From Gracilinanus agilis (taxonomy: Eukaryota): a stretch of 64,000 nucleotides of DNA. The notes under the pieces are model-generated. The model was not told the DNA's origin, searched no databases, and saw only the letters and a program-made list of their open reading frames with translations. The stretch spans positions 61,767,974 to 61,831,973 of the forward strand of contig NC_058131.1 in assembly GCF_016433145.1 (NCBI RefSeq). The letters are read 5' to 3'. Of the stretch, positions 48,183 to 60,639 are shown one piece after another; the stretch's first letter is position 1, and each line of letters begins with the position of its first letter. Made by a program: the position numbers and the translations under genes.

Positions 48183-48372
48183 TGAATCTTGTTGTTCTCC
48201 ATGGCCAGGCGCCACACAAAAAGGCTGCCAGATTCATCCAGGCAGGCCAACTGGGGGGAGTTGAGGTGAGCGAAGGCTAAGTCGGCCACGCTTCCTGTGA
48301 AGCCCTTCAGCAGTGTGCGTTCTGCTGTGCTGACACTGATCACCCGCACCATGGCTGAGCCATTGCTGGCAC
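48183..48372 (-). CDS. EDC4: EDC4 exon 5 (190 nt)
   Basis: ASNGSAMVRVISVSTAERTLLKGFTGSVADLAFAHLNSPQLACLDESG...; tag / gtatcc. Confidence 0.96.
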
Positions 48373-48922
48373 CTACAGACACCAGAGCTCATGACTGCTG
48401 GCCAGGCCCCACAAGCACCTTCCCTCAGCACAGGGCCCAAAGATGAATGGCACCAATCACAACCCAATCTCAAAATCATTCCATCTAACTTCTGACTCTC
48501 CAAGTCCCCAGCAAATACCCCACATAGTCTTATGAAGAGCCCCTTTCCTCTTTCCTAACAACAGGGCTCTAGTCTGCCCACACAACAATGTTCCCCCACC
48601 CCAGCTGTGATCTGGCAAAAGCCTGCTATCCCAGACAATTCCTCCACTGTGTCCTAAAAGGTCACCACTGAGATGGGTGAACAGAACTCGGGGTGCTTCC
48701 AGCAGTCAAGCACTTTCCTCATATTCAGAATATTCCTAGGGCAAGTAATAGCCTTACTTCCCAGGCAGGGGAAATCAAGGACTCAGAAGGGGCTTTGGGC
48801 CTAAGAAGAGAGTCCAAGTGTCCTGCCTTACTGCTACCAGACCCTGGGAGGACCTGGCTATGAGAGGGTTGGGGAAAAGTTCTTGCTAAGGAAGCCTCTG
48901 GTCCCAAGGGGTGGCAGCTCAC

Positions 48923-49022
48923 CTCGGATGGCATATGCCAAGAAGGAATTAGACACAGCGATCAGGTTGCCGTAATAGTATTTCTGTTCCCAGTCATATT
49001 TGGCCACTGGCTGGATTTTTAC
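48923..49022 (-). CDS. EDC4: EDC4 exon 4 (100 nt)
   Basis: VKIQPVAKYDWEQKYYYGNLIAVSNSFLAYAIR; tag / gtgag. Confidence 0.96.
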
Positions 49023-49513
49023 CTAAGGTCAAGAATGAAGAAGGTCCTAGGTCTCAGTCATACCTGCTCCTTTATCTCCATAAGGAAAATAGTAGCCTTC
49101 CCAGGCTCCAACCTTTGTTTCACTCCTCTTGCCTGTCTCCCCCCAGCTACAAATGGCCTACAGGTTCCCAACAAGTCCAGGAGATCAGAGGAAGGATGGA
49201 GGGGACAAAAGTTAACCAAGTCTTGGTAAGTCCTTGGTCCTTCTACAACCCTACAGGGCTTTTTAATCCTGCAGAAGGGAAAGGAGACACCACAATTGAG
49301 ATCCTAAGCATGCTCATCTTTTTGTAACTGTCTACTAGAGGAGAAAAAAGAGAAAAACAAGAAAAGGCCCCTCAGAGAAGATGGAAAAACTGGTAAGGGT
49401 GGAAAAGACATACTGATGTACCATCACAGCAGTTCATATAGGAGTTAGCCCAGCAGCCTCTGAAGCCACACCCCCCTAAACCCCTTCTAGACCTTAATGC
49501 CTTCATTCCATAC

Positions 49514-49625
49514 CTTGTTGCTCCCTCGAGCCTTGCTTGAGATGTTAGAGTCACTGCTAGCCACTATTTCCACCTCTTTTGCTGAAATCCCAATGCAAGT
49601 TGAGCTGTCATCTCCAGAAAGGCAG
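49514..49625 (-). CDS. EDC4: EDC4 exon 3 (112 nt)
   Basis: CLSGDDSSTCIGISAKEVEIVASSDSNISSKARGSNK; cag / gtatgg. Confidence 0.95.
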
Positions 49626-49992
49626 CTGGATAAGAAAAGACAGAGGAGAGGCCCCACAGCTCTGTCTCAGTCAAACTCTAAAGTGTACAGGGACATTTGT
49701 GCAGGAGGCTGAGGACTTCCTCCAAGGAAAGGAAGTCTTTATATTCCATCTCAGGCCAACCATTTAATCTACCTCATAGCTTTACTCCCACCTCCAGGAC
49801 CAGCTGCACTTGGGCTGGCTTCAAAGACTGTCCTACCTATTCTTCATTACTCAGTGTGTCTTAGATTCATCCCACCACCCTCATTTTACAGACAAGAACA
49901 CAGGGGTATGGAATTGAGCAACACAATTAATTACAGAGCAGCAACTATGAGCTAGAAACAATGCCCTTAACTTCTACTTTTGCAGTATTTTG

Positions 49993-50023
<31 letters not shown>

Positions 50024-50027
<4 letters not shown>

Positions 50028-50382
50028 TATCCTGGGACTCCATTCTAGGAGCATAGGGCCACAACCAGTAGGCAATGGGTCGCTCAGGGTCACCCAGCTG
50101 GGAAGTGTCTGAGCCTGGATTTGAACCTCGTCTCTAGGCCCGGCTCTCAATCCACTGAGCTAGCCCAGCTGCCCCTACTTTAGGTTGCAGTTTCTTTAGC
50201 AGATGTAGTNNNNNNNNNNNNNCTAGGGACCGTCCTTGGCCCAGGAGTGGTAAGGGTGGGCGATAGGGGTCAAGTGACTTGCCCAAGGTCACACAGCTGG
50301 AAGTGTCCGAGGCCGGACTTGAACCTAGGACCTCCAGTCTCTAGGCCTGGCTCTCAATCCACTGAGCCACCCAGCTGCCCCT
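50024..50382 (-). mobile_element. Two SINE-1_Mdo-like copies on either side of a 13-N gap in EDC4 intron 2
   Basis: Both end in ctcaatccactgagc..cccagctgcccc; (TA)n tracts on both sides. Confidence 0.7.
50210..50222. other. Assembly gap (13 N)
   Basis: Run of n. Confidence 1.
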
Positions 50383-50384
50383 TG

Positions 50385-50422
<38 letters not shown>

Positions 50423-51235
50423 ACATATATATACACACACACACACACATATATACATATTACCAATTACATGTAATTACAAATTTCCACACAAGTTTTC
50501 ATAAGTTATATGATCAAGCTTACCTCCCTCCCTTCCTTTTCCCCTTTCAGTGCTAGCAAGCAATTTGATCTAGGTTATATACATATTATCACACAAAACA
50601 TATTTCCATATTGTTCATTTACTTTTACAGTATTTTTTTTACAGTACAGAACAATTTTTTTTATAGTACAGAACAATTCTATATTCAGCAGTGCAAGTAC
50701 TGTTAACCCCACTTCTGAGAAAAGGTAGTTGGCTCAAAGTAGGGGGGTGATAACAGCACCTATCTTCTGGGACTGTTGTGAGGATCCAGTGCAATGATCT
50801 TTGTAAAGTGTTCAGTTCAGTGCCCAGCACATAGTCAGCACTGTATAAATGTTAGCTAGTACTGCATTTCTAGTATGCCATTCACCTTCCATAAACATAA
50901 TCTTAGTGCTATATTTTGTCCTCACATTGTAGACGAGTGAATTCTCAAAAAAAAAAAATCATAGTTTTGGCTACAATCTAACTCTATAAGGATGTTATCA
51001 TGTAACATTGTATATTATAGCTATGTGTTCAGTATCATATTCCCTTACTGTCAGTTCTGTGAGGGAAAGGGATGGTGTCTTGTGCCTCTGGATATTGCAC
51101 AGTGCTCAGGACACAGCATATATTTAATGAATGTTTCCTGTGTTTTACTCCATGATTAGGGTGGAACCAAATCCAAGAGGGAGGTAGTCTACTTCTGTCC
51201 CATCCCACCAATTCCTCATTGCCCAAGACACTTAC

Positions 51236-51392
51236 ATGACCTGCTTCTCTTCCAGGCTGGCCAAGGGTGCTAGCCTGTGACTCGGCTTGGCCAGCACAGT
51301 TCCATCACCAGAAGAAAGGGGGTCTGGCACCAGAAGTCCATTCAGATCTCCATTATAGGAGCTGGATGTTCGCTGGCTCTCTGTGCCTGAGC
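51236..51392 (-). CDS. EDC4: EDC4 exon 2 (157 nt)
   Basis: SGTESQRTSSSYNGDLNGLLVPDPLSSG...EEKQV; cag acceptor, gtaag donor. Confidence 0.95.
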
Positions 51393-54224
51393 CTGTATGC
51401 CAGGGGAGAAGGAAGATGTCATCTCTCAACTGCTCCTCAGAGTCAAGGAGGACACGCTCTTAAACATTTCCCAGCCTCCCACCTCTGTACTTTGGTTCAC
51501 ACCACTCCCAAATGGAATGCAACTCCCCTCTAGTCTCTGGTTAAATCTGAGAGCTGGCTGAAATTCCATTTTCTCCACAAAACCTTCCCACAACCCAAAG
51601 TGACTTTTCTGTTTTCTAAACGCCTGTGGTGCTTCTTGTCAACTCCACCACTTATTTTCTTGCCTGGTACTCTCCTTTAGCTTTTTCATGTAGTAATCTC
51701 TAAGGAACTCTGTAAACTCCTTGAGGGCAAGGGATGGCTTCTCATACAAAGGATTACAAACAGAGCAAATTGATGACATGCAGAGAACAACAGAGATCAT
51801 CTAATCCAACTCTCTCATTTTACAGATGAGGAAACAATCTGTTCAAGGTTATGTGATTTGCCCACAGTCAGTCCTACTATAAATGATTAGGCTGAGATCT
51901 GGAGCCAGGTCCTCCAACTCCAAATCGGGCACACAATTTTTACAACATGAGCCCTCACTTGAACATCTCTCTAGCACACAGCATTCACTGAGGAAATATC
52001 TGTTTATATCAATTCATAGAAGATAAGGCTAACAAGCCACTGACACAAATGGCTGACAAATGACTACTGTGCTGGCTCCTTTGATACTCTACCAAGTTAG
52101 GGACACTGTTGTCTTACGTCTGTGTAAGTACCACTCTGGGACCAGGCAGCTATAGATTTGGGGGCCTGGCTTTCTCCCTAACTGGGTTACCTGTTGCTAT
52201 GTTCCTGCATCACAACTTTCTCCCTGACCACTATAAAAAATAAATAAAAACAAAACAAAACAAAAAAACATCCCGGCTGTCATGGAAATAGTCAAAATAC
52301 CTTGATTGAAAGAGTTAAGGAGAAATGAACAAGAAATTAGGAATAAAAGAGGGAGAAGAAACAGTATGAGTTTAGCTAGGAAAACATACAGGACTCAGGG
52401 AAGAACTAAGTAACTGAGAAGATGCACATACTTGCATGGAAACTCTTGAGTAATATGCCATAGCTGTTTCCTAGACACTAAGCATCTCTAACAGGCTCAG
52501 AGCCAGGTCAGGGACCCAGGTGCCCAGGAGGCTTTAATCACCTGCTTACCTAATTTCAAGGGACAGGAGAAAAGGAAGAAAATGTCATTGATTTTCATGA
52601 ACATAGAATAATCCTAACTAGAACACAGCTTTGAGTTTAACTGCAGAAAGAAAGGGTAAGCCTTAAAAGACAGTAAATACAGAAGCCCTAAGGAAGAAAC
52701 TCCATAGCAATAAGGGAGAGATTAAAGGTGGCTACTTCTAATTTCTTCTGTAACAGAACAGATAAGAGAGTCATGTAGAATTTGTTGGAACATGAGACTG
52801 GTTTCTCTGAAATCTTATTTGTAAACTTCTTTTGCACAGTTGGAAGAAATGTTTCCAAATGAGCTTGTTGCTCTTAACAACTAGCTGCATCAGATATCCA
52901 ATACAAAAGTTGTTTCCTTCAATAGAAATTCAAGTCTACTCACCCTAGGTAGTACCAAAGATAAACAATAGCCCAGAGAGATATAGGGGTTGACAAATTT
53001 GAGAGTTATAAAACCCTATGGGTACTGATAATACTCTACATGAAAGTTAACCAAAAATAAACAGGAAAAGCAAATCAAGCAAACTGAATGGCAGCAAGGG
53101 GGGTTCTGCTTGGTATTCTTTGGTTTTTCCAGTCAGTAAAACTTTAGCCCCCAAGCAGTGAGGAAAAAAATATCAAAGTAGCCAAGATTAAGGGCAAGCC
53201 AAGGCCAAACTTGTCAGTAATGCCTCCAAGGGGCCCCAGGAAGAGAAGATACCCAAAAGTCAAAAAAGATATGGTCCTGCCCATCTCCAGGTCTGCCTCT
53301 CCCCACCAATAAGTCAAGGAATGCTCAACGAGGGGCTGTTGAAGTCTTAATTGAGAAATAAGTACAGTAGAATATGTCAGCTGGTAGATGGAGAGGGAAG
53401 TCCAAATGCCTAAGACTGTTGCCTGATTAATAAGAGAGGTTGTCAGGCCTGGAGATTATTTCTGTCTGTGACACTCCAATCAGTTGGTCTGCAGAAGCTG
53501 GAACAATTTGCCTTTCATACCTTGGTCACCTCCTGTTTAGAGCCCAACAATAATCTGTAAAGCCTATCTCCTCCATCTGCCTCAGTTGGCCTACATGAAA
53601 CACAGGAGTATCTTCTGTGGCTCCACAGGAAGAGAATAATCCTTAAAGTGGATTGGGTGGGGGGTGGGAGAACAGGTCTCCAGTTCTGTCTGCTTATGCA
53701 TTATCTGCTTCCCCAAACAGGCTGTCTTTACAAGAAGAGAGAATGGGGGTGGAAATGGAATGAAATGGTAAATACTGCCTGCTAAAAACCACTAGGCCTT
53801 ATGCTGCATGACCAACTCACATCAGATGTTCACGTATAAAGTGGGCGAAGGCTATATCAGCCAGTGGTCCCAGCATAAAGATGAAGCAGAATGCCCTAGG
53901 GCTGGTGGGGGCCCAGGGATTATATGGCTACAAGACAAGTCTCTGAATAAGAGCAGTGAGAAATGAGAAACCAGCAAGGACCAGAGAAAGGCTCCAAGGG
54001 CATCTATGACTAAGGAACTAACTGCAAATCACTCAAGAAAACGTAACAATCCTTTCTTCCATTTCCCCATAGCAAATGACAGGGTCCCTTTAATCCTCAC
54101 TGTTTTTGCACACAGCAGGGGCTTAACAAATGCTTTTCTATTCCATTCCTAAGGATGACTGGGATCAACAATAGAAGGGGGTTGAAGAGAATGGAAGAAA
54201 AGCTTAAGAGTTAGAACCAAGATG

Positions 54225-54408
54225 GCAGAACATCAGTGGACAGAGAGCCAGGCCCTGAGATGGGAGTTGCTAGGTTCAAATCTCACATAAGACACTTCCT
54301 AGTTGGGTGGGTGACCGTAAACAAGTCACTTAATTCCCACTGCCTAGCCCTTAATGCTTTTCTGCTTTTGAAATAATACAAAGTATTGATTCTAAAAAAA
54401 GTTAAAAA
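54225..54408 (+). mobile_element. SINE-1_Mdo-like SINE in EDC4 intron 1
   Basis: Head/core/tail recognisable. Confidence 0.75.
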
Positions 54409-54899
54409 CAGGAGGCACATAAGAGATCATCTAATCCAATGCTCTCATTTTTATTAGGTTAAGAAATCCAGAAGCCTGATTTTACAATTTATAGTTCTTT
54501 AAGGATTTAGGGCTTGATAAAATCTCACTGAATGCTCACAACTTTGAGAGGTAAGTAGTTTGAAAATGCTTGTCTCCATTCTGCAGATGGGAAAACTCTG
54601 AAGGATGACATGCTGGTATCCTAAGACTCCTTCCCTGGCTCTCATGGAGGGGGAGGGGGACAACAAAGTGGAAAAAACTCTGGATTTGGAAACCCTCATT
54701 ACACCACACCGTGGGCTGCTGGAGAGCCGGCGCTGTCTTCTCGCTTTCTTTGTATCCCCGGAACTCAACACTGCGCCGGACACACAGCAAGCACTTAATC
54801 AAAGCTCATTGACCACAGCCTGAGCAAAGCCGGGTTGGCTTCTTGGCCGTTTCACCTACGAGCTGTGTGACCTTGGCCTGGTCACTTTTCCCTTGAAGG

Positions 54900-55570
54900 T
54901 CCCAGCTTCCTCGGCAGTAAAAGGAGGGCTTGGGCCAGATGGTCTCTCAGGTCCGGCTCGGCCGGAGGTCCTGGGTTTGCGCCCCCACCAAGGTCGGGGT
55001 GGGGTGCCCTAGGTCCTTACCTCTCCCCCGCCCTAAAACCCCTCCCCCGCTCATACCCCCTGACCTCCAGGCGGACGGTCCAGCTTTAAGATGTCCCGCA
55101 GATGCTGCGTGGCGTCCTCGATGTCGATACTGGTGCAGGACGAGGCCATGGGGCCCGGCTGCGGGGCCTCGGCTCCGCGAGGGCGTCACCGTCACTCTCC
55201 TCCTCCTCCTCCTCTTTCTCCACGTTCCGGGCCCCGCCGTGGGACCACCGCTACCACTCCTGTTCCTCTCCCCACCTCCTCCCTTCTCCGCAGCTGCGGC
55301 GGTGCCTACAGAGACTGCTCGGTCCGTCCGCTCGCTTGCTCGGCAATCCCTCCGCCCCGCCAACCCCACCAACCGCCTCCACTTCCGGTCCGCCGCACGC
55401 CGAGCTCCCCCCCCCACCGCCCTCGAGGTCCGCGCCGCCCCACAAAGGTTCCGGCTTGCGCAGGTTCCGGCTCCGAGGCTGCGCGGGTTCGCGTTGCCCA
55501 CCGTCCTCAGAGTGGTCTGCGGCAATCCTGCGGAAGCCGAAGAAAAGCGCTTATTCCGTCCTAATTCTGG
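54900..55570 (-). promoter_or_regulatory. EDC4: EDC4 CpG-island promoter and 5' UTR
   Basis: High GC/CpG density in a CpG-poor background; perfect ETS/GABP motif ACCGGAAGTG at 55380-55389 (minus); GC boxes; no upstream ATG seen between 55380 and the start codon. Confidence 0.85.
55065..55149 (-). CDS. EDC4: EDC4 exon 1 (coding part, 85 nt)
   Basis: ATG 55149-55147; MASSCTSIDIEDATQHLRDILKLDRPPG; donor G|gtcag. Confidence 0.95.
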
Positions 55571-57492
55571 ACGGCTCAAGTTTTTACCAACCCTGTTTCA
55601 AAGAGAAGGAGAAAATGATACTGAGCTAAAAAGGTCCTTAAAGGTCACCCAACTTGTCTGGGGGAAACGGCACTGCTCTTAGGTTTGAATCCTGATTCTA
55701 CTTCCATGTCCCCGTGGTCTTGGGCAAGCCGATTGCTGCTCTGGACCTCAGTGTTCTCATTTGTATGACTAAGTGGTCTCTGAATCAGGATTCTTGCCCT
55801 GGGATTTTGGGGACAAGTGGCTGGGACAGAAAACTTAGACCTTGGCCCAACCACAAGCTGCCCTGCTATCCAGAGAATACTCATGACAGGTAGGCAAAGG
55901 CTAGTCCTGGACCATCTACAGACCTCAAAGTCGGAATGGTGACTTTTTAAGATTCTTATTCAGCCAAGTGGAAAATCAAATCGCTTAGAGCCAAATGAAC
56001 ACAGAGATAGATGTTCCTTCAAAACAGAATGGTGAGCACTCAGAAATCCTGGGACAATCAATAGTGGTCCACATTACCTGGCACATAATAGATGCTCAAT
56101 AAATGCTCATTTCCTTCTCTTTATATAACATTATAGGATTTACATAAGGCTTTCCTCACAACCCTATAAGAAAGGTAGCAGATTTTACACGGGAATGAAC
56201 TGGAGCTCAGAAATGACACTAAATTTGCCAAAGACCAATGTGGATAACTATGTAGGAATCAGAACATGAACTCAGATTCCTTTGACTACAGTTCCAGTCC
56301 TCTTTCCATTAAAACATGCTGTCCATCATTCTGAGAAGCAAGGGGGCTTATGTCACTCATTGCTCCTCATTTGAATATTTGTGAGATTATCTTTTCAAGG
56401 AACTCTAGACTAAGAGTGGTTAATTTCAAGGATCATTGGCAATCACAGGATTCAGAGTTGAAAAATATTTTAATGACCATCCACCTAATCTGATCTGTTT
56501 TACATACAGATGATGGGGGGGGGGGGGGCAGAGAAGGTAAATAACTAGCCTGCCCATAGTCACATAATAAGTTCAAGAGCTAAGATTCAAACCCGTATTT
56601 CTGGACTTTCTTCAACCAGGACGATAGAATAATAGTTTCAAGGAATCTTAAGGAAATATACTCCAAAGCTTTCACTTTATAGGTGAAGGCCTTGAGCCTC
56701 CAAGAGGAGAGATGACTTGCTGCAGGTCACATGGTTAGTGATAAAGGCCTGAAACCTAAGTCTTTTGATTGCAAGCTCTATATCCTTCCCATTATACCCT
56801 GCAGCTATCAAAGGCCAGGTCCCTATAGGGGAGTTGCACCTAATCTTCTAAGCCCCAAGGCCTGAAAAAGGGAAACTGGAGGACTTAGTTTGAGGCACAG
56901 AAAGTGATGAAATCCCACTTTCTGCTAGATAGTCTTTCTAATATGGCCAAGAAAACTTTATACCATCCAGTATGGCATGAGTTAAAAAAAAAAACAAACA
57001 ACTCAATAAATTTTGGGGTTGAGACTACAGGATTTTCTGGAGCTGGTCTGAGCTCTGTCGAGGTAGAGCATTGGATTGGACATGTAAAGGATTGACATCT
57101 ATTCCCAGCAGCATCATAGTTATCTGCTTCCTCACCTGACAAATGAGGTCAACCCTAGTCCTTCCCAAATCCAGAGAGGTCAAAGCATCCTTAGCAAAAC
57201 TGAATCAGAGATCCAGAAAATTCAAAAATTAGGATTAAAGGATCATAAGACTATTTGAACTCCCATATTACTGCATATTGATTACAATACATATTTGACA
57301 TCATCAAAAGTTGCCAACATGCAGGTGACTCAAGTGTCCAAAGAGGGGCTTGCCTAGAATGGAATTCCTAGTTATAGACTTCTAAGTAATCCAAATTTGG
57401 GGGGTCCTTTGACAACTCTTCTCCCAGGCTTAGATATTCCTCTGCCTTATCAAGTAAGACACAGTTTTAGTTTAAAAAAAAAAACACAACTC

Positions 57493-57498
57493 TTTATT
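57493..57498 (-). terminator. NUTF2: NUTF2 distal poly(A) signal AATAAA (long 3' UTR isoform)
   Basis: Minus strand TGTAC...TGTAATC-AATAAA-GAGTTGTG followed by a T run: UGUA upstream elements, canonical hexamer and U-rich downstream element. Confidence 0.6.
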
Positions 57499-60126
57499 GA
57501 TTACACATTTCAGGCACAGGTACATCATAGAGGCTGTCATATATAGTGTTTTTTTTAATAGTGATTGTAACGGGTCAGTTCAAATTAACCAGATCTGATT
57601 AACCTTCTCTCTCGCGCTCTCTCCCCCTCTGTTTGTGTGTCAAATAGTATCTACAGCCCCAGGTTTTTCAGAAGCATCTTTGTATCAAAATAAACAGCAC
57701 ATCTGTTCAGATGAGCAACATGCAAGAGCCCACAACTTAAGAAACATGTTATCCTAAAAAAGATCAGTCTTTAACCAAATACAAAAGGGAAACCATGTTA
57801 TAGAAATGTTTAACTTAGTTTTTACATTACTGGCCACAAACAATATTGGCCCCTACAGCAACCCTAACATGAGGCATTTCAGGCCCGTGGTTAGTGGTAT
57901 ATTTCAGGAAAGGTTCCCCTCATCTCCTCAAAGTTGGGAGTGGATCTGTGTCTGAGGAAGAAGAGTCAGTTGGTGTCACTGTACATAGGACCAGCTCAAC
58001 TTTGGTTTCTACCAATGCTTCTGGTGCACTGGGAAACTACATCAAGGCCTTGAAGGTCCTCTGAGGCCTCTCAAGAAGCAGCATGGTATAATGGGAGGAA
58101 AACCAGCTGAGGTATTTAGAATGAGACCTCAGTTCTAGCATAGGCTCTGCCACTGGCTAGCTGCACAGACTGACCTTAGCTAAGCAACTAATTTCACCTT
58201 TCTAAAATATGAAGGAACTAGATTAGATGACCTGAGGGGCCTCTCAGTTTTAACACTAGTTTTTTTAAAATGAGAGACCAGTTCAAGTCCTGGGGTGAAG
58301 GCAATTGAGGTTGGTTCTGGTCCTAAAAAAGGTCCTGTCATCCCTACTTGCCTTTTGAATCTCCTAGTTTAGCAGCAGATTTACCATTTAAACTACTTGT
58401 GGGGGGGGGGGGAGGGGGCTTGCTATAAGGCTTAGTGAGACCTGAAGCACAGAGGCCTTAATTTATCTTTCTATGGCTTATAACCCCTCAGATGTTAAGG
58501 ACAACAGGCTTAGGAGTGTCTGGCTTATGCAGTGGTACAATGCAAGTGGGGGAAGATGAATGATCCAGCAGAGAAAGGGTGTGTGTTTATGTAAGAATTT
58601 CAGAAGTATATAAAGTTGCTTTCTACTTCCTTCCATGTCTTCAAAACAAAGCCAGAGGCCAACAAAATAATTAAGCTTCTATTGCCACCAGAAGGGTATT
58701 TTAGGGACAGACATACAACACTGGGTAATAGGCCCAGTAATTAATTTTCTCACTAGAATGAAAGAGAGGAAACAGAGAGCAAATTACACCCAGGTTACAC
58801 CCAACCCCCACACCCTTAAACTTGTCTGAGTTCCTCCCCCAAGTCAATTCTGTGCTGGTCTGCCCACTATATAGCCTAAATGTTGCAGAATCCAGGGTAC
58901 ACATTGACAAGGCAGACCAAGGAGTTACAGGGTCACATGTATCTTAGAAAAAAAGAAAACTAAAGCTCAATATGGTCTTTTCTCCCTTCACCCAGCTCCA
59001 AATTAGAATAGAAAAGGAATTGTAAAAGAATCCCTGAGATAAAGAGAGAAAACAGCATCTTTCTAAGCCATGTCCAGGCAAAGCTAGTCTACCTCAGAGA
59101 TTCGGGGGGGGGGGGGGGGGGGAGAAGATCCACTGGCCCTTCATTCAGGTAGCAAATTGGACCAGGACATTACTGAAGACAACAAAGGGAGCCACAGCTG
59201 GCAAAAAAAGAGGTTTGTAGGAAGAATAGCTCTAACAGGAATTATTCCCACATTCACTATGAGAAATAAGTTAGCCAATCCTCAGCCCAGGAGGATCCCT
59301 CCAGAGGCTAAAGCTGGGACACCTCAGAGAAGTAGGTATAATGCCTCCCCCTTTCTGGAATATCAGTCCCTCTAATATCAATCTTGTCCCTGTTCTTTCT
59401 GATCTTTGCCTTTTAGATGAATGCTACTTCCATGGACCTATTCTAGAGAGGCCCTGCTTCTATAGAGTAGCTCTGGAGGACATGCTGTCCCTTCTAATGC
59501 AGAAAGGGAGCTCCCCTCCCCAAGAACTCTCTTATACATCCAAAAGTCTTTCCTGGAAGGTTCTAACAGATGGGACCCACTGGGAAGCACAGCCAAATGT
59601 TTGCCCTCTTGGTACTAAGATCTTTGATCTTAGGAGGACAACATACAAACTTGAAGTCCAGCATTAAGGAGGTGAACTATACTGGAAACAGTGGTGAGAT
59701 GCTAGAGAAGGCAAGTTTATGGGCAAAGCTGAGAAGTTCTGAAGGTACAGGACAAAGGGAGATGCCTCTCTTCTCATTCTAGGAACCTATCCTTCCTATG
59801 CCATCCTGACAGCCCAAACAAGGGTGTACACTTTAATCATCCCATTCCATAAGGAGTTCTAGGCCTTGGGCATAGGTGTCTCTGGCTCTAAGAAAACTGC
59901 AGGAATATCCTCTTAGAAACTTTCAGGCTTCAATGTTTCAGGAAGAGTCAGAGTGGAGAGAAGCTGAATGCTACAAAGGTTTTCTTTTTGTAAAGATTGA
60001 TCAGGGGAAAACTAAACCAGAGGAAAAAAAAATTAAGAGTCAGACCCACTGAGTTGTTTATGCCCTAAACAATCAACTAGGTAAACTAATTAAAACAATT
60101 TAAACTGTTAAGAAAATTTTCATGGT

Positions 60127-60132
60127 TTTATT
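60127..60132 (-). terminator. NUTF2: NUTF2 proximal poly(A) signal AATAAA
   Basis: tttatt on plus, about 400 nt after the stop codon, followed on minus by U/GU-rich sequence. Confidence 0.65.
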
Positions 60133-60525
60133 GTATAATGAGGCATTGGAACATCTGAACAAATCAGTATCTGGCTGCACACGCAGCTGCTGCTTTCTCC
60201 TTCGTTTCTTTGGGTTACTAGAGCAACTTGTCAGTACATTAAAAAAAAAAAAAAGACAACCTTTTGCATTACTTAGTCTTTCTAAGGCATGCGCTGGTAC
60301 AACACAAACTTCTCCTGTCAGATGCAGCTAGTCTAACGTCCAAACATCATGCACAACACACTCAAAACAGTGATGCCGCCACCACCTCGGTGTCCACCCA
60401 CCGAGGCCCTGCAGGCTTGTGTATGATATTTGGAGTGTTCTGAGGGGGCTGGGGAGAGGAAGTGTGAATAATATCAGGAAGAGGAGAGAGAAGGAAACAG
60501 CGTGGGTGCCTTGGGAAGAGAAGGT

Positions 60526-60639
60526 TCAGCCGAAGTTGTGCAGCGCTAGCCTGAACATGTCATTGGTGCAGACCCAAGCATCATTGATGTTCTTTAATAG
60601 AAATATCTGGTGGAATCCCATGATGGGGTCTTCATCAGC
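60526..60639 (-). CDS. NUTF2: NUTF2 (nuclear transport factor 2) last coding exon; upstream exons lie beyond the right edge
   Basis: Minus strand cag|GCT GAT GAA... reads [37 protein letters not shown] (37 aa + TGA at 60526-60528), the NTF2 C-terminus; AG acceptor at 60640-60641. Not in the ORF track. Confidence 0.97.
   Translation of the reverse strand, partial: ADEDPIMGFHQIFLLKNINDAWVCTNDMFRLALHNFG

Larger units (their letters stand above)
49994..50460. repeat. (TA)n at about 49994-50023 and (TA)n/(CA)n at about 50385-50460
   Basis: Seen directly in the sequence. Confidence 0.9.
36485..55385 (-). other. EDC4: EDC4 gene span (enhancer of mRNA decapping 4 / Ge-1 / Hedls): 29 coding exons, 4182-nt CDS, 1393 aa
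   Basis: Exons join in frame with canonical GT-AG sites and consistent phases. The product has the N-terminal WD40 region, a Ser/Pro-rich linker and the C-terminal helical domain of EDC4. Gene ends are approximate. Confidence 0.97.

Noticed and set aside
54930-55682. Long ORFs (250, 210, 175, 157 aa) over the EDC4 promoter
   Set aside because: Stop-poor GC-rich CpG island; low-complexity Pro/Arg/Gly translations in several frames at once.
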